A stretch of 64,000 nucleotides of DNA from Asterias rubens (Eukaryota). How positions within the stretch are numbered: the first letter of the stretch is position 1; each line of letters begins with the position of its first letter. Shown here piece after piece: positions 1 to 13,800 of the stretch. A model generated the notes under the pieces. The model did not search any database. It saw only the letters and a list, made by a program, of their open reading frames with translations, and had not been told where the DNA came from. A program made the translations under genes and the position numbers. The stretch lies in the NCBI RefSeq assembly GCF_902459465.1, contig NC_047073.1:3038001-3102000 (forward strand), in the 5' to 3' direction.

Positions 1-285
1 AACTTGTTTTTCTCTCTCCCTCTCTCACTTTTCCAGATTCCCCGAAGTTGAGAGTCTGGACAAAGTGGTTTCGTGCCTTTTCAAAGGCTTTTGCATTTTG
101 TCCGTCTCTCTCGTTCCAAATTCGTCGAAATATCTCTCCACTTGAAGTGTGTACATAAAACCCACACTCCGTTTTTTGACCAGATTGAGCAGCCTGCATA
201 ACCGGTAATAATTACCGGTCTAGATGCTTACAGAAACGTCTGCAAGCAAGTCCCTGCTTTCTCTCGACCGTTCTAGTCTTCCTAC

Positions 286-618
286 TTAAAGGCACCGGAC
301 ACCTTTGGTAATTGTCAAAGACAAGTATTCTCACTTTGGTGTATTAACAAACTTGCATGTAATAACAAAGCTGTGAAAATTTAGACTAAAATTGTCATCG
401 AATCTGCGGGAGAATAATGAAAGAAAAATGCCTTGAAAAGGCTTCAGGTCTGTAATAATTATTTGAGTGAGAGATTACCTCTTTCTCAAAAACTACGTTA
501 TTTCAGAGGGAGCCGTTTCTCAAACGTACCGTCTACAACTCTCTATTGCCCGTTTACAAGTAAATTTTATGCCAACGATTATTTTGAGTGATTAACAATA
601 CTGTCACATTTCCTTGAA
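286..618. mobile_element. R1 family MITE (TTAA-flanked, Kolobok-like), degenerate copy
   Basis: It starts TTAAAGGCACCGGACACCTTTGGTAATTGTC and shares internal sequence with the other R1 copies. Confidence 0.7.
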
Positions 619-937
619 TTTATACACGGAAATGGTTTGCTCTTAACAGATTGGATATGTTATTGTCACCTTCGTTGTTTGGCTTCGTAAACCGTTCGGC
701 TTTTAAGATTTGCCAAAACAAACTAAAGCTTTCTTCTGTTAAAATTGTTCGTAAGGCTTCGATTAAAAACAATTATAAAGCATTTATAAAGTGAGCTAAA
801 CAGTTTTTGCTCGAAGTAATTATCAATTTCGAAGTAAATGCCACAACATAAGAAAGAAAGAAAAAGAAAGGAAACAAAAAACATTTGAAAGGAAAGTAAA
901 AACATGCTAATAAAGAAACTAGGTAGAGAGTGCTTAC

Positions 938-1087
938 CGCAACGGGGTCCAGCTGGTATAGCTTCAAATTCTCCTGCACAACGTCGTTTGGTTGCACACG
1001 TTGCACGACGGACATCATGATAAAAAGCGCCAACATTCGGCACACTTCTTGTCTCGATGGTATTCGAACGGAGAGTTTCAATTCCAT
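938..1087 (-). CDS. First coding exon of a probable second P4HTM-like paralog; the gene continues beyond the left edge
   Basis: The exon encodes (MELKLSVRIPSRQEVCR)MLALFIMMSVVQRVQPNDVVQENLKLYQLDPVA and ends in a phase-0 GTAAG donor at 937. The ending L.QLDPV|gt matches exon 1 of the P4HTM-like gene (RLFQLDPVK|gt). The start could be 1087 or 1036. Confidence 0.55.
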
Positions 1088-3773
1088 CCTTTCCCGTCAG
1101 TAAAGTTAATCCCGGGGTCTATGGGGGAGATTGCAGGGAGGTTTTCAACCGTTCAACCGTCGTCACGAAGTCATCCTCATTCAAACAAACTCAGTGCACT
1201 GGCTTATTCCTATGTAACGTTCCGGTATTTATACGCACAAATTGATCACCGATGATCTAGTAATGTTTGGGTAGACTTGTTTGACTTGGCCGCGACGTTT
1301 CATCCACGTGACAGCTCACCGTGAGTTGGCGCGCTCTCTCTGTCTCTCACTGCGTCTTTGTTGTAAACCAGAAAGATACCTGTGTGTATGATGATCAGTC
1401 GCCAGCTATCATTAGCGCGTCTTCAGTTTAACGGATCTAAAATGTCACGTTTTACTTCTCTCCCCGGTCGCTGGTGCCACTGCCCTTCGGGATATGCTAA
1501 AATAAAAGAAGGAAACACACGATGAATTATTCCCCCTGGTACTCACACTGCTCGTGTTTCACTTGATGGAGTTACCCACACGCGGTGGACTGATAAACAG
1601 CTCCATTCGTGGGGATAAACCACAGCTCTCCGCAGTGTCGGAGAGACGGCTACGATGACTTGGGTAACAAATCGGCAACACGAAGCCGTTTTTTTTCTTC
1701 AAATAACACACTTGCACGCGGTTATTTACCATTGGCTGTATATATAATATAGGTATCGGTGTGTGCGGAATTCAAAAGAAGAAGTGGTTGTATTTGGACG
1801 TTTGTCGGGTACAATTGCACTAGAGCGATGCCCGCACAATGAACATCGCTCAGGCGTTTACAATTACATTGTACACCCATTAAACTACAATTTGATCGAC
1901 TGTTACATACAAGAAACAAACAGTAATACGGGTAACTGCCAGGCATGTCAGACTGAATACAACTGGGCAGCATTTCGCTCGCAGAAGTGACTCTGACTCT
2001 GCACAGTTTTCTCTTGATGGATCTTGACGTACACATTTTTCTTTAAATATTCCTCTTTTTTTTGCCGAGCCGAGAAAAATAGCCGAGGGGAGTGTCCGAT
2101 ATTCCTCATTAGATAGACCGTTATTTATAGGACTCAGGTGTCCAAAGGAAAAATACAGTTGGGGGCGATTGCTGGATCAGAAGTTAAAATTACCTTGAAA
2201 TTGGTTTTTCTGACAACCAAAAGTGAAATGTAGGCCTTTTTCATGAATATAGCCGTCTATAGATTGAGCATGACAGTTACTTAAAGTGTGTGTTGAAATT
2301 AAGATGACAACTTTGTAATGACGTGTTGCTTATTCGGGGTGGGAAACAACGTGACTATTAAAGGCTTGCGTGTGAGGACTATTTCACACGTACAATCATC
2401 ACAGAGCGTGTATTTTTGTTTTGTTTTAAACATGGCACTGGACACGTTTTGTAATTACTCGCAACTATGCAAAATAAAACGTCCTTGGTCACGAGCAATG
2501 GAGAGATGTTGATAGTATAAAACATTGTGAGAAACAGCTCCCTCTAAAGTTATAATTTCTCACTCACAATGTGCAATTAGGGTGTTGTTTCTTTTAATAT
2601 TTTCTTGCAACTTCGAGGACACAAAATTGAGCCCAAATTTTCACAGCTTTGTTACTATTTTATTCACATATTGGGATACTGGTCTTTGACAATATTAACT
2701 CACATGAAACCATGTTTTGCTACGTAAAAAAACCTGTTAATAGATTATTGATGCTACTGTTTTTGACGAAACGTCGACTTGGCAGTACGTGCGATGTTTG
2801 TAGACTATGACGCTTTACATGTTAGCTATTGATTAATGATGTAATTGTTTCGGGTAGGCGCGTACCACGTTGTAATCTGCTTAAGGTTGAAGGTGACGCT
2901 TCGTCTGAACAGCAGTGTATGTTCTTGACGTTTCAACTAGAGTGTGCTCTAGTCGTCATCGGGGGACAGCTGAAAAGCACTTGTCCGTATCCAGATTGTC
3001 CCGGCCCTACCTATTCACAGATTCTCGTCTCATACAACAGTCTCCATTTCGGGGTTTCCCTTTTGCATTTAAATCACATAAAAATACTCACATAAAAAAA
3101 AGTGCTGAGTATACAGTGCTAACACACATCGGTGTATGGGTAAAACAAAATTAATATTCTTTATCCCTGATGCAAAAATTTAACATCTCTTATATCGAAA
3201 ATGTTGAATCGTCTAAAGGCAATCTTGTGAAAACTGCAGCCAGAGAGATGCAGTTGGTAGGCCTACAGTTTTTACCTCGCTAAACGTGGATGGGTTCGAG
3301 GTCCTTTGATGAAAACACCGCGACACTATTTTAACAAGTCGAGTCTGTGTTTAGCTGAAACCTTCACAGGTGACTTTTATTGCATCTTTATTGATAATTT
3401 GGTCTATAACGATGACCTACCCTAAAGTGCAAGTCACTCGTGGAGGGCCACCGATTTCATTACCACTGCCCAAACAGCGTACAATTCAATTGAGCCGCTC
3501 AAGCAGATCGATTTTCTGCTAAAGGAAAAAATAAGGAAACCAGTAACAGATGGTACATGTGACATGGTATTTTGGTTGTTTCCCTTTTCAAGTAAGCACA
3601 CTTTCGTTGTTCGTATAGCTACTTTGGAGGCTCTTGACTATAAGCTAAACACTAGACTGCAAAGAATGGTTGCTAAAAATTACACCATGAATGTTTTCAC
3701 ATAGATGCAAAAAAAAAAAAAAAAAAAAGTTACACAGCAGGGTGTTCAAATAATGTATGTTACATTTGAGGTG

Positions 3774-4150
3774 TTAAAGGGAAGGTACACGTTTGGTAAT
3801 TAGTCAAGAATTTGTTTAACATAAAACCTTACTTGGTAACGAGTAATGGGGAGAGGTTGATAGTATACAACATTGTGAGAAACGACTCCCTCTGAAGTAA
3901 CGTAGTTATTAAAAAAGAGGTAATTTCTCACTAAAATAATAAAAGACTTCTATGGCTAGAAGTCTTTTATTCCTATCTGAAAGCACACAAATTCGTCCAA
4001 CAAGGGTGTTTTTTCTTTCATCATTTTCTCGCAACTTCGATGACCAATTGATCTCAAATTTTCACAGGATTGTTATTTTATGCTTATGATGGGATACACC
4101 AAGGAGGACACTGGTCTTTGGCAATTACCAAACGCGTACCTTCCCTTTAA
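3774..4150. mobile_element. R1 family MITE, full length
   Basis: Terminal inverted repeats TTAAAGGGAAGGTACACGTTTGGTAATT / AATTACCAAACGCGTACCTTCCCTTTAA. Confidence 0.8.
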
Positions 4151-7100
4151 GACCCATGGCGTCAACTTTTACACCCCGGTTTGTACAGTGCAGGTTAATG
4201 TTGCATCATATTGAGATTGGCCTGGTTTTGTAATTTTCAAATTCCTTTGGACTTTAATGCCTTCAAATTAATCATTGCACTGACACGATGTGAGCAAATT
4301 TGATCAATATCATGTCATTTAATTATATTTGCCAGGGCCCCCACATCAAGATAATTCAATAAATAACACAAAGCCTTTCAAAGTTTCTTATAATGACACG
4401 TTGAAGTGCAAGATAGGTTCAGCAAGTTCTAAATTTCAAGTTTCAATGTTCTGTGGTCAGATAATTGTCGCTGTTAAATGAAGCGTCATCGATTTTTTCA
4501 TCGTTGTGCTGATTTTTAGGTCAAGCTAATAAAAAGATACTACGGAAGCTACCTTGAAAGTTCCAACTGAAAACACAGTTTACAATTCTCAAAGAAATGG
4601 GAAATAACTGTCTTTGTATTTTTATCAAGAACGTCGAATCCATCCACCCAATAGACTTGTGGACAAGTCGTTCATGGTCCAACGCGGTGAGATAATGTAG
4701 TATTGGCGGTGCTCTCGCGAGATCACTGCTCTCGCGTGAACTGCTGGTTGCCCGACTTCTACGGGGGCCAGCAGTCTCGCGAGAATACCGCGGGAATCGC
4801 GGGGAATGTCGGAACGCTATCACCGCGACAGACATTTAACGACTTGTACACAAGTCTATCCATCCAACGGCATCTCTGGTGCACTGTAAACCACCAAGGG
4901 ACATTACGGAAATCTGAATATCCAGTGGTCGCCTGTCGAAGATTCAAATTTGTCGACATTGATTTTGAACAACGAGTGCACTTCAAATGTAATAATTTCG
5001 CAAGGTGCTAACAACCATGACCATCTTTATAACAAGGAGGCTGACTCACTGATTTACAGTTTTTCGGGGTCACTTCTTAAGCATGGCCCTTCTTTTTAAT
5101 AGATTTTTGTTTCGAGTATGAGACCGATTTCTGTAGCACATTGTGAGTGTTTGGTGCGACGCGTTCAGTAGCCACTTCTATACAAAACACTGGGGCAAAA
5201 ACCCTTATAATAGCCGTTTCTCACAATGTTTTATACTATCAACCTCTCCCAAGGTATGCTAGTAATTATTTTGAGTAATAACCAATGTCCACTGCCTTTA
5301 ATTGGAATGTTGTAATCTTAACTCAATTAACAATGAATGAAAGTTGAATATGGGCTGTCGTGGAAATAAACAACCTAAACAACATAACAAGTGAAGATAC
5401 CCTAAATGTTCTGGAGATAAGAAGCAAAATCCCGCTGTAATAAACAGGACTGTTAATCTTATGTCACATTCCTCGATGTCTGCCAAATCTCCCCGACCTT
5501 CCAAAAGAATGAGGGGAAAAAAAGGGTCCAAGTAATGCACTATGCAAATACTTCTCGATAGAGAGTCACTTCACCGCCATTTATTTCAATGTTTCTGAGA
5601 CTATTGCACTCAGCGAGTGAGAGTGTGGCCACTTCTCAGGTTCAAGATGTTGCTCAAACATCCGCGCTCTTTTTTTGTAGGACACCCCCCCCCCCGTGTC
5701 ATTATGATCAAGAGTAAAAAAGTCTGTGCCCTGACACGCCATTAAATCACGCTTATTGTACCCTACAAAAATCCTTCTTCATGGAAAGCAAACTTTGGTA
5801 TGCAAAACCATACAATCTTGACAATAATGGGCAAAACTGATTGGGTAAAGGCACGGGAGAAATACAGGCCGGGGAAAACAGCGTGGTTTGATCGCAGCCA
5901 AAGTAAGACAAATTTTTAGGACACCTAGAGTTTACTGCAGTGACTTGTGGCCTGGTTCAAGAAGACCATAGCAAAAAATACCTACGTCCTTTCTGATAAT
6001 AGGCCCCTATCATATTATTGAAGATGACACTTAAACGTTTCAGACATTTGCAATGATCTTCTGCTGACTTTGGTAAATGGTATACATTGTTGCCAAACCT
6101 GCCTTGGTCAACTTCGCGCCAAACTGTGATAAATCAACGTGGGTTTTTATTTATTAATTCACCAATTCCGTGTGAGGACTTTTTAAAACTTAAAAGCATC
6201 ATAAATAAATACAGCTCTTGGGTTCATGTCGAATCAAATCCAGTGATCGCTTTTCATTAAAAAAAACTTCAACATTTAGTCGGGCTCAGGGCGACAATCA
6301 ACACGCATGCAACCGTAAATCTCTACGCCGCAGTACAGAGCCACCACTCCGTTTAACGGCCCGGCATTATGCATAAAGTGTAACATCCATGTCCAATTTC
6401 TTGAGTATACGATGGGTAATATGCGTCAAGTGCCCGCCCCTACCCAATCCGCGTTCCCGTGGGTCAGCTTGAGCCGTTCCGTCAAAAAGACCCACGTGAC
6501 CAGTTACTAGAAGCCATCTTGAACTGAGTGAAGTGTTTATGACTGCACTTAAAGGGTCGAATACACCACAGAAAGAATCTGGGGCCACTGTTTTGGACAG
6601 CCTGTTCTCAGATCCGTTTACCTTTTCGTAGAAACTGCACAGGTTTGCGGTAATGACAATCTCTAATGAGTTGGCAGGGGTGGTTCTGAAAAGAACCATT
6701 GATTTCAACCCGACGTTAAACGGAGTGGTGGCTCCGTACGGCGGTGTCTTTTCTTTCGTTATTATCTCCCAACTTCGACGACCAATTGAGCTCAAATTTT
6801 CACAGGTATGTTAATTTATGCATATGTTGAGATACTCCAAGTGAGAAGACTGGCCTTTGACAATCCTCATCGCGCATTTATTTTAAAACTAGCAGACATA
6901 ACTAATTTTATTTTGCATTCGTGCCTGCACAAAGACATACCAGATAGCTATTTCAACCTCAGTACACGTGACACGCAGACGATACGTGATATCACCATGG
7001 GGCTAATAGAGCGAGGTTTCCCTTGTACTTTCTAAAGAATTACAGTCTATTTACCGCCCTTTTTCGGAAAGCATTGCGAGCTGGAATTCTTCTACAGCCA

Positions 7101-10047
7101 CTCGTCACCTATAGCCACTCAATATTGACTTATCCAACTAGCTTTACGGCGTCCGCTCCCGCTGTCGTTTAATTTGCACCATTCAATGTATCATTGACTC
7201 TCGTGCCTAGTGTTGCCTTTGCGCGGTAAGAGCAAAGACACGCAGAGATTTAAAAAAAAAAACCTAAACACACGTGGTTGCTGTAACTCAGTACCCTCCC
7301 CTCGCTGGAAGAATAGTTCAATATATCTCGTGCTTTTTCCTGGCGCTTTTTTATGTCCGTGTGTGGCGGGCGACAGAGCCTGATTTCCCCATAGATGTCT
7401 AATAATAACCGTCTGGCCTTCTGACAACTCGACCTTTAGCTAGAGTATTGTGTTCGGCCATACATGATGTATGCGTGTGCTGGCCCGCGCTATATAGCAG
7501 CAAGCACAACCAACAATGCACCGGTGGAATTATCTGTTGGTAATTAGGTTACCTGTAATTACCCGGTGGCAGACTCGTACCCAGGGAGATGACGTGTTAT
7601 TATTATATCAGAATCTGCAGGCGGTTAGGGAAAGTGTTGACATGAGAAGAGTGTTACACGTCCGGGTCAAAGTTTACTTTGAAACTTTCGGGTCCGAGTA
7701 CCGTTAGGCTTGACCCTTTTTTGGGTCATTATGAACCAGAATCTGTGTCAAAATGATCACACAATAAACTGACGCAGTCGAGTTAAAATCACACTTATTA
7801 TCATTTTCCGGGTCAGCATCGGACCTGGAATCCGGCTCAAAAAGTTGTGACCCGCGAGGTTGTACGGTAAAAATATAAAGTATAAACGATTTTTCATCTC
7901 TGACATACTTTTTTTAAATGATTACTCAGCCTGTTCTCTTCTCAAATACACTGCAACATTACATTCATGCATTGGTATCATAATAACACCATCAAATTAT
8001 GATGTGGATTGTTAACAATGACACGCAGGGTGTTTCCACACATTAAAATACCCACACCCTCAAAAGAATCACAGTTTTTTTAAGGTTTTTTTTTTTTAAA
8101 TAACTCAAATTTTACTTGTATATTATCACCTTGAAATAGTTGACAAGGTTCTGTGGCACAATTGCAACCAAACAATAAACCAGAAACACCGGGGCGAATC
8201 CCCTCTCTACAATAATACCCCGGCTTCCGAACGTAGCGTTCCCCGGATGCAAGATCTCGGAACGCGGAAATTCCGGACGATCAAAACGTTGTCAAAGATG
8301 TACGAAGCTCCACTGTAGGGTTGAAAACGCTTCGTAAAGGTGCCAGTCCCCAAAGGGATTGAATTCGATACACTTGATTGTTTATTGGCTGAATTCACCC
8401 TTTTGTTTGACCATGGCCCAGTATTTCGCAAACGGCTAAGAATTAATGAAATATTCCCTTCCTGAGAAACGTGACGTCTCAATATCACTCGCCGATATTC
8501 ACCCCATCGACTCTTTAGGGGCGTTGGACACTATTGATAATTACTCAAAATAATTGTTAGCATAAATACTAAACTTGGTAATGAGCAATAGAGAGCTGTT
8601 AATAGAATAACACGTTGTGATAAACGGCTCCCTCTCGGCCTATAGTAACATAGTTATTGAGAAAGAGATCATACTACTCAAATTATTAAAACAAGACGTG
8701 AACCCTTTTTTAGTCATCTGAATGCACACAAATTTGTGTGACAGAGGTGTTTTCCTTATGTTATTCTCTTGCAACTCCAATGACCAAACTTTCAGGGGAT
8801 TTTTTATTTTATGCATTATGTTTGGATACACCAAAGCGTCTAGTGCCTTTAATGTTTTTTGGTGAAATACATGCCTTTGCAGATGTTACGTCGCTGCTTG
8901 CCACGGAATGCTGTTCTTCCATCATTTCTTTATTGCACATTATCCGTTGGTAAGCTTCCCAGTGGAATTAGAGACAGACATCTGGGCGTAGCTTGGGGCT
9001 TATATTTAGACCCAGTGGGACTTTGGGAGCTGCACTCTTAACACGTCCGGGTCATGATTCCGTGTCCCAAGGGGCTGGGCCAAATATTAAAAGCAATGAG
9101 AATGATCTAAACTGCGAATCAATCTTAATGACCAAGCAAAGTTTAACGTGATAATACAAAACTTAACAATATTGGCACTAAACAATATTGACAAATCATC
9201 TATATTATGAATCTTTTGTCAAATCGAGTTAGGTCAGAATGACCTATAGTTTGTGTAACCCGAAACTGTGTAAAACTGGCGAATAATCCAAATCAAACCC
9301 ACTTTGTTTAGTATTAAATATTATTTGTTTGCAGTTTTCTAAAAGCCAGACCCAGAGATGAGTACCCGAAATCGGGCTCAGACCATGCACGCTACTATCT
9401 TTAAAAACATCCACGTCAAAATCGAGGTGCACTGTCACAAAAAATGTCAAAACATTTTTGACAGCGGAAAAGCGGCCAGTATTTCCCCAATGCATGACAC
9501 ACAACATGGAGGCGTCAAGTACAACCCCACAGGGCTTTGGGGGGGGGGGGGGGGGGGGTTAAAGACGGGTGAGTTTTGAGCAGAGCATTCAGCCGATTTG
9601 GTTCAACAAAAGACATCAAATCAAACTTCCCTGGTTAGTTGAGGGGGAACGGCCAGCCTCGGAGGAAGGTCTGATAAATTTAGAAATTACTTCAAAGGGA
9701 TAAGTACAAACTATATTTCGTTTTTTTTTATTATAATTATTAAATCGTAAAAAATAAGGCAGTGATATGAAATTTAAAAAATCATATCAGATTTTGTTGG
9801 TAACTGAGTATTAATATACCAAAATGCATATCTGCTGAGTATAAAAGAATATTCAATTATCGGTTAAAAATATTTTCCTTCTGAATAAAAAAAAAACCCA
9901 GTGATAAAATGGTCAGGACGGCCACATGAAGAACTGTCTAATGTACTTAGAAAGTATATTTCAATCAGCACACATACACCATTCAAAAATCAATCGGAAT
10001 ATATCATAAAATATATATATAAAACAAAATTACACAAGAATTGATCA

Positions 10048-10431
10048 TAAAAGACACTGGACACTATTGGTAATTGTCAAAAACCAACATTCTCACTTGG
10101 TGGATCTCAACATATACATAAAATATCAAACCTGTGACAATTTGAGCTCAATTGGTCGTCGAAGTTGCGAGATAACAATGAAAGAAAAACACCTTTGTTA
10201 CACGAACTTGTGTGCTTTCAGATGTTGATTTCGAAATCTCAAATTCTAAATCCGAGGTCTCGAAATCAAATCCGTGGAAAGATACTTCTTTCTCAAAAAC
10301 TACGTTTCTTCAGAGGGAGCCGTTTCTCACAAAGTGTTATACTATCAGCAGCTCTCCATTACTTGTAACCAATTAATTTTTCATGCTAAAAATTATTTTG
10401 AGCAATTACAAATAGTGTCCACTGCCTTTAA
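10048..10431. mobile_element. R1 family MITE, full length
   Basis: TIRs AAAGACACTGGACACTATTGGTAATT / ATAGTGTCCACTGCCTTTAA; R1 internal hairpin degenerate here (ATTTCGAAATCTCA...GAGGTCTCGAAAT). Confidence 0.8.
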
Positions 10432-10857
10432 ACTCTTCTAAACAAAAATAGTTTCATCTTACTATAGAAACAATATCACAGTTGCATATTATTGTAAGTC
10501 CTTTTTTATTTTAATTTTTTGTTTTACTTCTCATTTACCAAAATGGTAAAAAAAAAACAATTTTAAGTAAAAACAAATGCTTTCACATTTTAATTTGCAA
10601 CCGTCGTTATGTTTTTATATAGTATGCAAAAACAAATATTTTTTAAGAGGAGTTGAATTTTCAATTCAATTATGTTTGATTGGAAACTTCATTTACTTTT
10701 GTACCATTCACATGTCAAATGAACAGTTTTAAAATACAAATAAGTTTGCTTTCAATATAAAAATACCGTTTTAGCCAGTTACATATTTTTGTACACGATC
10801 TTCGTTAAGTTGAGACAATCATCCCAAAAGACTAATGTTTAATAAACAAACTGCTCT

Positions 10858-13800
10858 TCATAGTTCATCTCTCTCTTCAGCTGACATCAATCGTTCATAT
10901 GTAATGTCTTTCTCCAACTTGTTTCCATCATTAATGTCCCAGAGATTGTGATTCTTGAGAATGTGAGTGGGCGTCGGCTTTGTATCCGAGACGGTGGCAG
11001 CGTGGGCGGTCTGTGCGTAGGCATTGGCTGCCTGGATCAATGCCGAGAAGATATACCCCTCATCAGTTGGCAATTCAGCTTCTAAGACCTCCTGCCAGAT
11101 TACCACATAATCCTGTCTCATCTCACCCGATGGCTTGAGATGCTGGTAAATATGAATTTCAGCAGCTGCGCGAGACACGTGATCGACCAACCGGTCTACC
11201 AGGCCCCCATGAGGCAGGTCTTTAGAGAAGAGCTCCGAGATTGTCTCAGCACCTGCCTGGCTTTGGAGGTAATCCGACCATAACATTGCCATGTTCTGAA
11301 CGGCTTCCATGAAGGATTCCATGGTAGGATCCCTGTCTCCGCTACGCTCATCACCATCCTCCTTGCCACTTTGAGCCAACTCACTGGCTCGCATGTAAAG
11401 CATTTGTTTTTCATAGGAATCGTCAATGTCAATCCAGTTATTGGCAATCCACTTGGTACCCTGTCTGACATCGCAACCTCCGTGCAGTGAATACGGGTTC
11501 ATGTCACCAAGCCACCCTTTGAGGTAGTGAATAAAAAGAAAGTAGTCTTCTTGCTCATTGCTTTGGGTCGATTTCTGCTCTTAATTTGGGCACATCAAAC
11601 AATGACACTATTTCCAGTGTTCCAATTTCAAGAAAACCCACACTATAATCCACAGTGTTTTTAAGACCTTGCCCCAATTTTATAAAGCTGTTGAGCAGAA
11701 AATGCTGTTTGAAAACTCCTTTGCTAAGCAAAAATTGAGTGGGTCATCAGTCATAACAATGTCAACTTAATGTTATTTTTGCTGGTAACCGTTTTCTATT
11801 AAGCAATACTGCTTAGCAACACTATATCAACACAACACTCACACCTAAATAGGTATACTGGTATAACAGAAGCAATAATTAATTATTTGCTTGCATTTAA
11901 ACCATAGCTTTTTCTAGTTTGTAAGTATTTGCGACAAGCAAATCTTTTTTCTCATACTATTTCACAAATTTTCAGGGCAAAGAATGACCAAACTATGAGA
12001 AGTTTAGACAATTCAGAAACCAATTTGATGACCTTGCTAACCACCAAATTCCATTGCTTACTGTGCAAACACAGAATTTTTGCCCTAGCTGCAGACATGT
12101 AAGTGAAGAATGCCTAGTAACACACGCACAAAAGCCAACATAATAATAATAATATCAAAGTCTTATATAGCGCACGCATCTACCGAACAAGGTACTCGAG
12201 GCACTTAGTGTACTGAAAGATTAGTTATTGAAGTTATGAATTCTGAGACCCAATTATTTAGCACCTTTTAAGGGTTTACAAGGTGCCACGGCGCATTCAG
12301 CAGCCACAGCCAGGAACACCTGGCTAACCCCTTTACTTTTCGATAAGTGCACTGGGTTCTTTTACATGCGTTACACAACACATGGGACCAACGGCTTTAA
12401 ATCCCATCCGAAGGACGAAGCAATGGTTAAGAGTCTCGCTTAAGGACACAAGTGTCACGGCTGGGGATTCGAACCCACACTCTGCTGATCAAACCTTCCA
12501 ATATTCCCTGCTTCCATATAAGCACAAATTCTTTGCTTAAAGACACTGGACACTATTGTCAAAGACTAGCCTTCACAGTTAGTGTATCTCAACATACGCG
12601 TAAAATAACAAACTTGTGAAAATTTGAGCTCAATTGGTCTTCGAAGTTGTGAGATAATAATGAAAGAAAAAAACGTCGTTGTCACACGAAGTTGTGTGCT
12701 CAGAGACTAAATCAAATTCGTGGAAAATTACTTCTTTCTCAATTTAATACTACATTATCTCAGGGGGAGCCGTTTCTCACAATGCTTTATACTATATCAA
12801 TCTCTCCAAATTACTTGTTACCAAGAAAGGTTTTATGCTCAAAATTATTTTAAGTAATAACAATAGTGTATTATTTAAGCAGAGCCATGATATTTGGTCC
12901 TGTCTAGTTTATTGTCAACTACAGAGATCTTCAATCTTACTAACCTGTTGTTTGATTGATGTAGTGATTATACCACATGATGGCTTTACCCTTGGCTGGT
13001 TGTACGTACACATTAGCATTGTAGCAATGGTGGGATAAGTCATACACGTCAGGGCCAAGATCCTAAAAACAAGGAAACATTTAAATCATTCAGTTCATCT
13101 TTAACAGTACAATTATTTAAAAGATAAACATGGAAGATGAATATGTCTAAAATTGATAGATTTAAATCACCAAAACAGGACAGTAGAATGTTTAAACACT
13201 AAGAAATGAATTAAAGCTGCAGTGTTTTTTTAAATAATTTAAACGATTAAACATGACTGAAATATTTTTATATTTTTTTAATTAAATGCGCAAGTATTTT
13301 AAAAACGGTTTTCAAGAGATTAGGGGAACCCACCCCGCCCCTAAAAGGAGCATAAACGTGACGTCATGTCGGGAACCCGAGCCGTCGGGCCCCCCTGGCT
13401 GTGTGCATATAGAGACGTGTGCACTGTGTGGCCTGGTACCTAGGCGCGTGTAGTTAGGGACCAGACTCTTTTTGCCGACGATATGTTTGAATTCCCGATG
13501 TGACGTCGATGGTAGGGGGCGGTAACAATTCACAAAAGGGGGGGGCATGACTTATTCGCTAATTACGCAAGTGAGATATGTCGGGGAAAAAACAAAACAC
13601 ATTTTATTGAGGTTCAATACATATATCAGAAATAAATGACAGCAAAATTAACTGTTTTATTTTAATTCACTGCAGCATCCCTTTAAAGGGCCACAACAAC
13701 CTCAACAAATTCAACAAATAAATATAAAAATAAACATCCAAGTTAACTCAATCAACTAAATTCTTTGTCACAAGATCAAAGTCAACGCCATTTTGATTAC

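Noticed and set aside
31-195. Open minus-strand segment with AG/GT ends (AAQSGQK...FGESGK)
   Set aside because: It shows no resemblance to the expected P4HTM exon 2, and the opposite strand has an equally good acceptor, so it cannot be assigned.
10165-10368. Recurrent short ORFs (MRDNNERK..., MCAFRWLIS...) here and at about 27450, 35000 and 61748
   Set aside because: They are chance translations of the R1 MITE.
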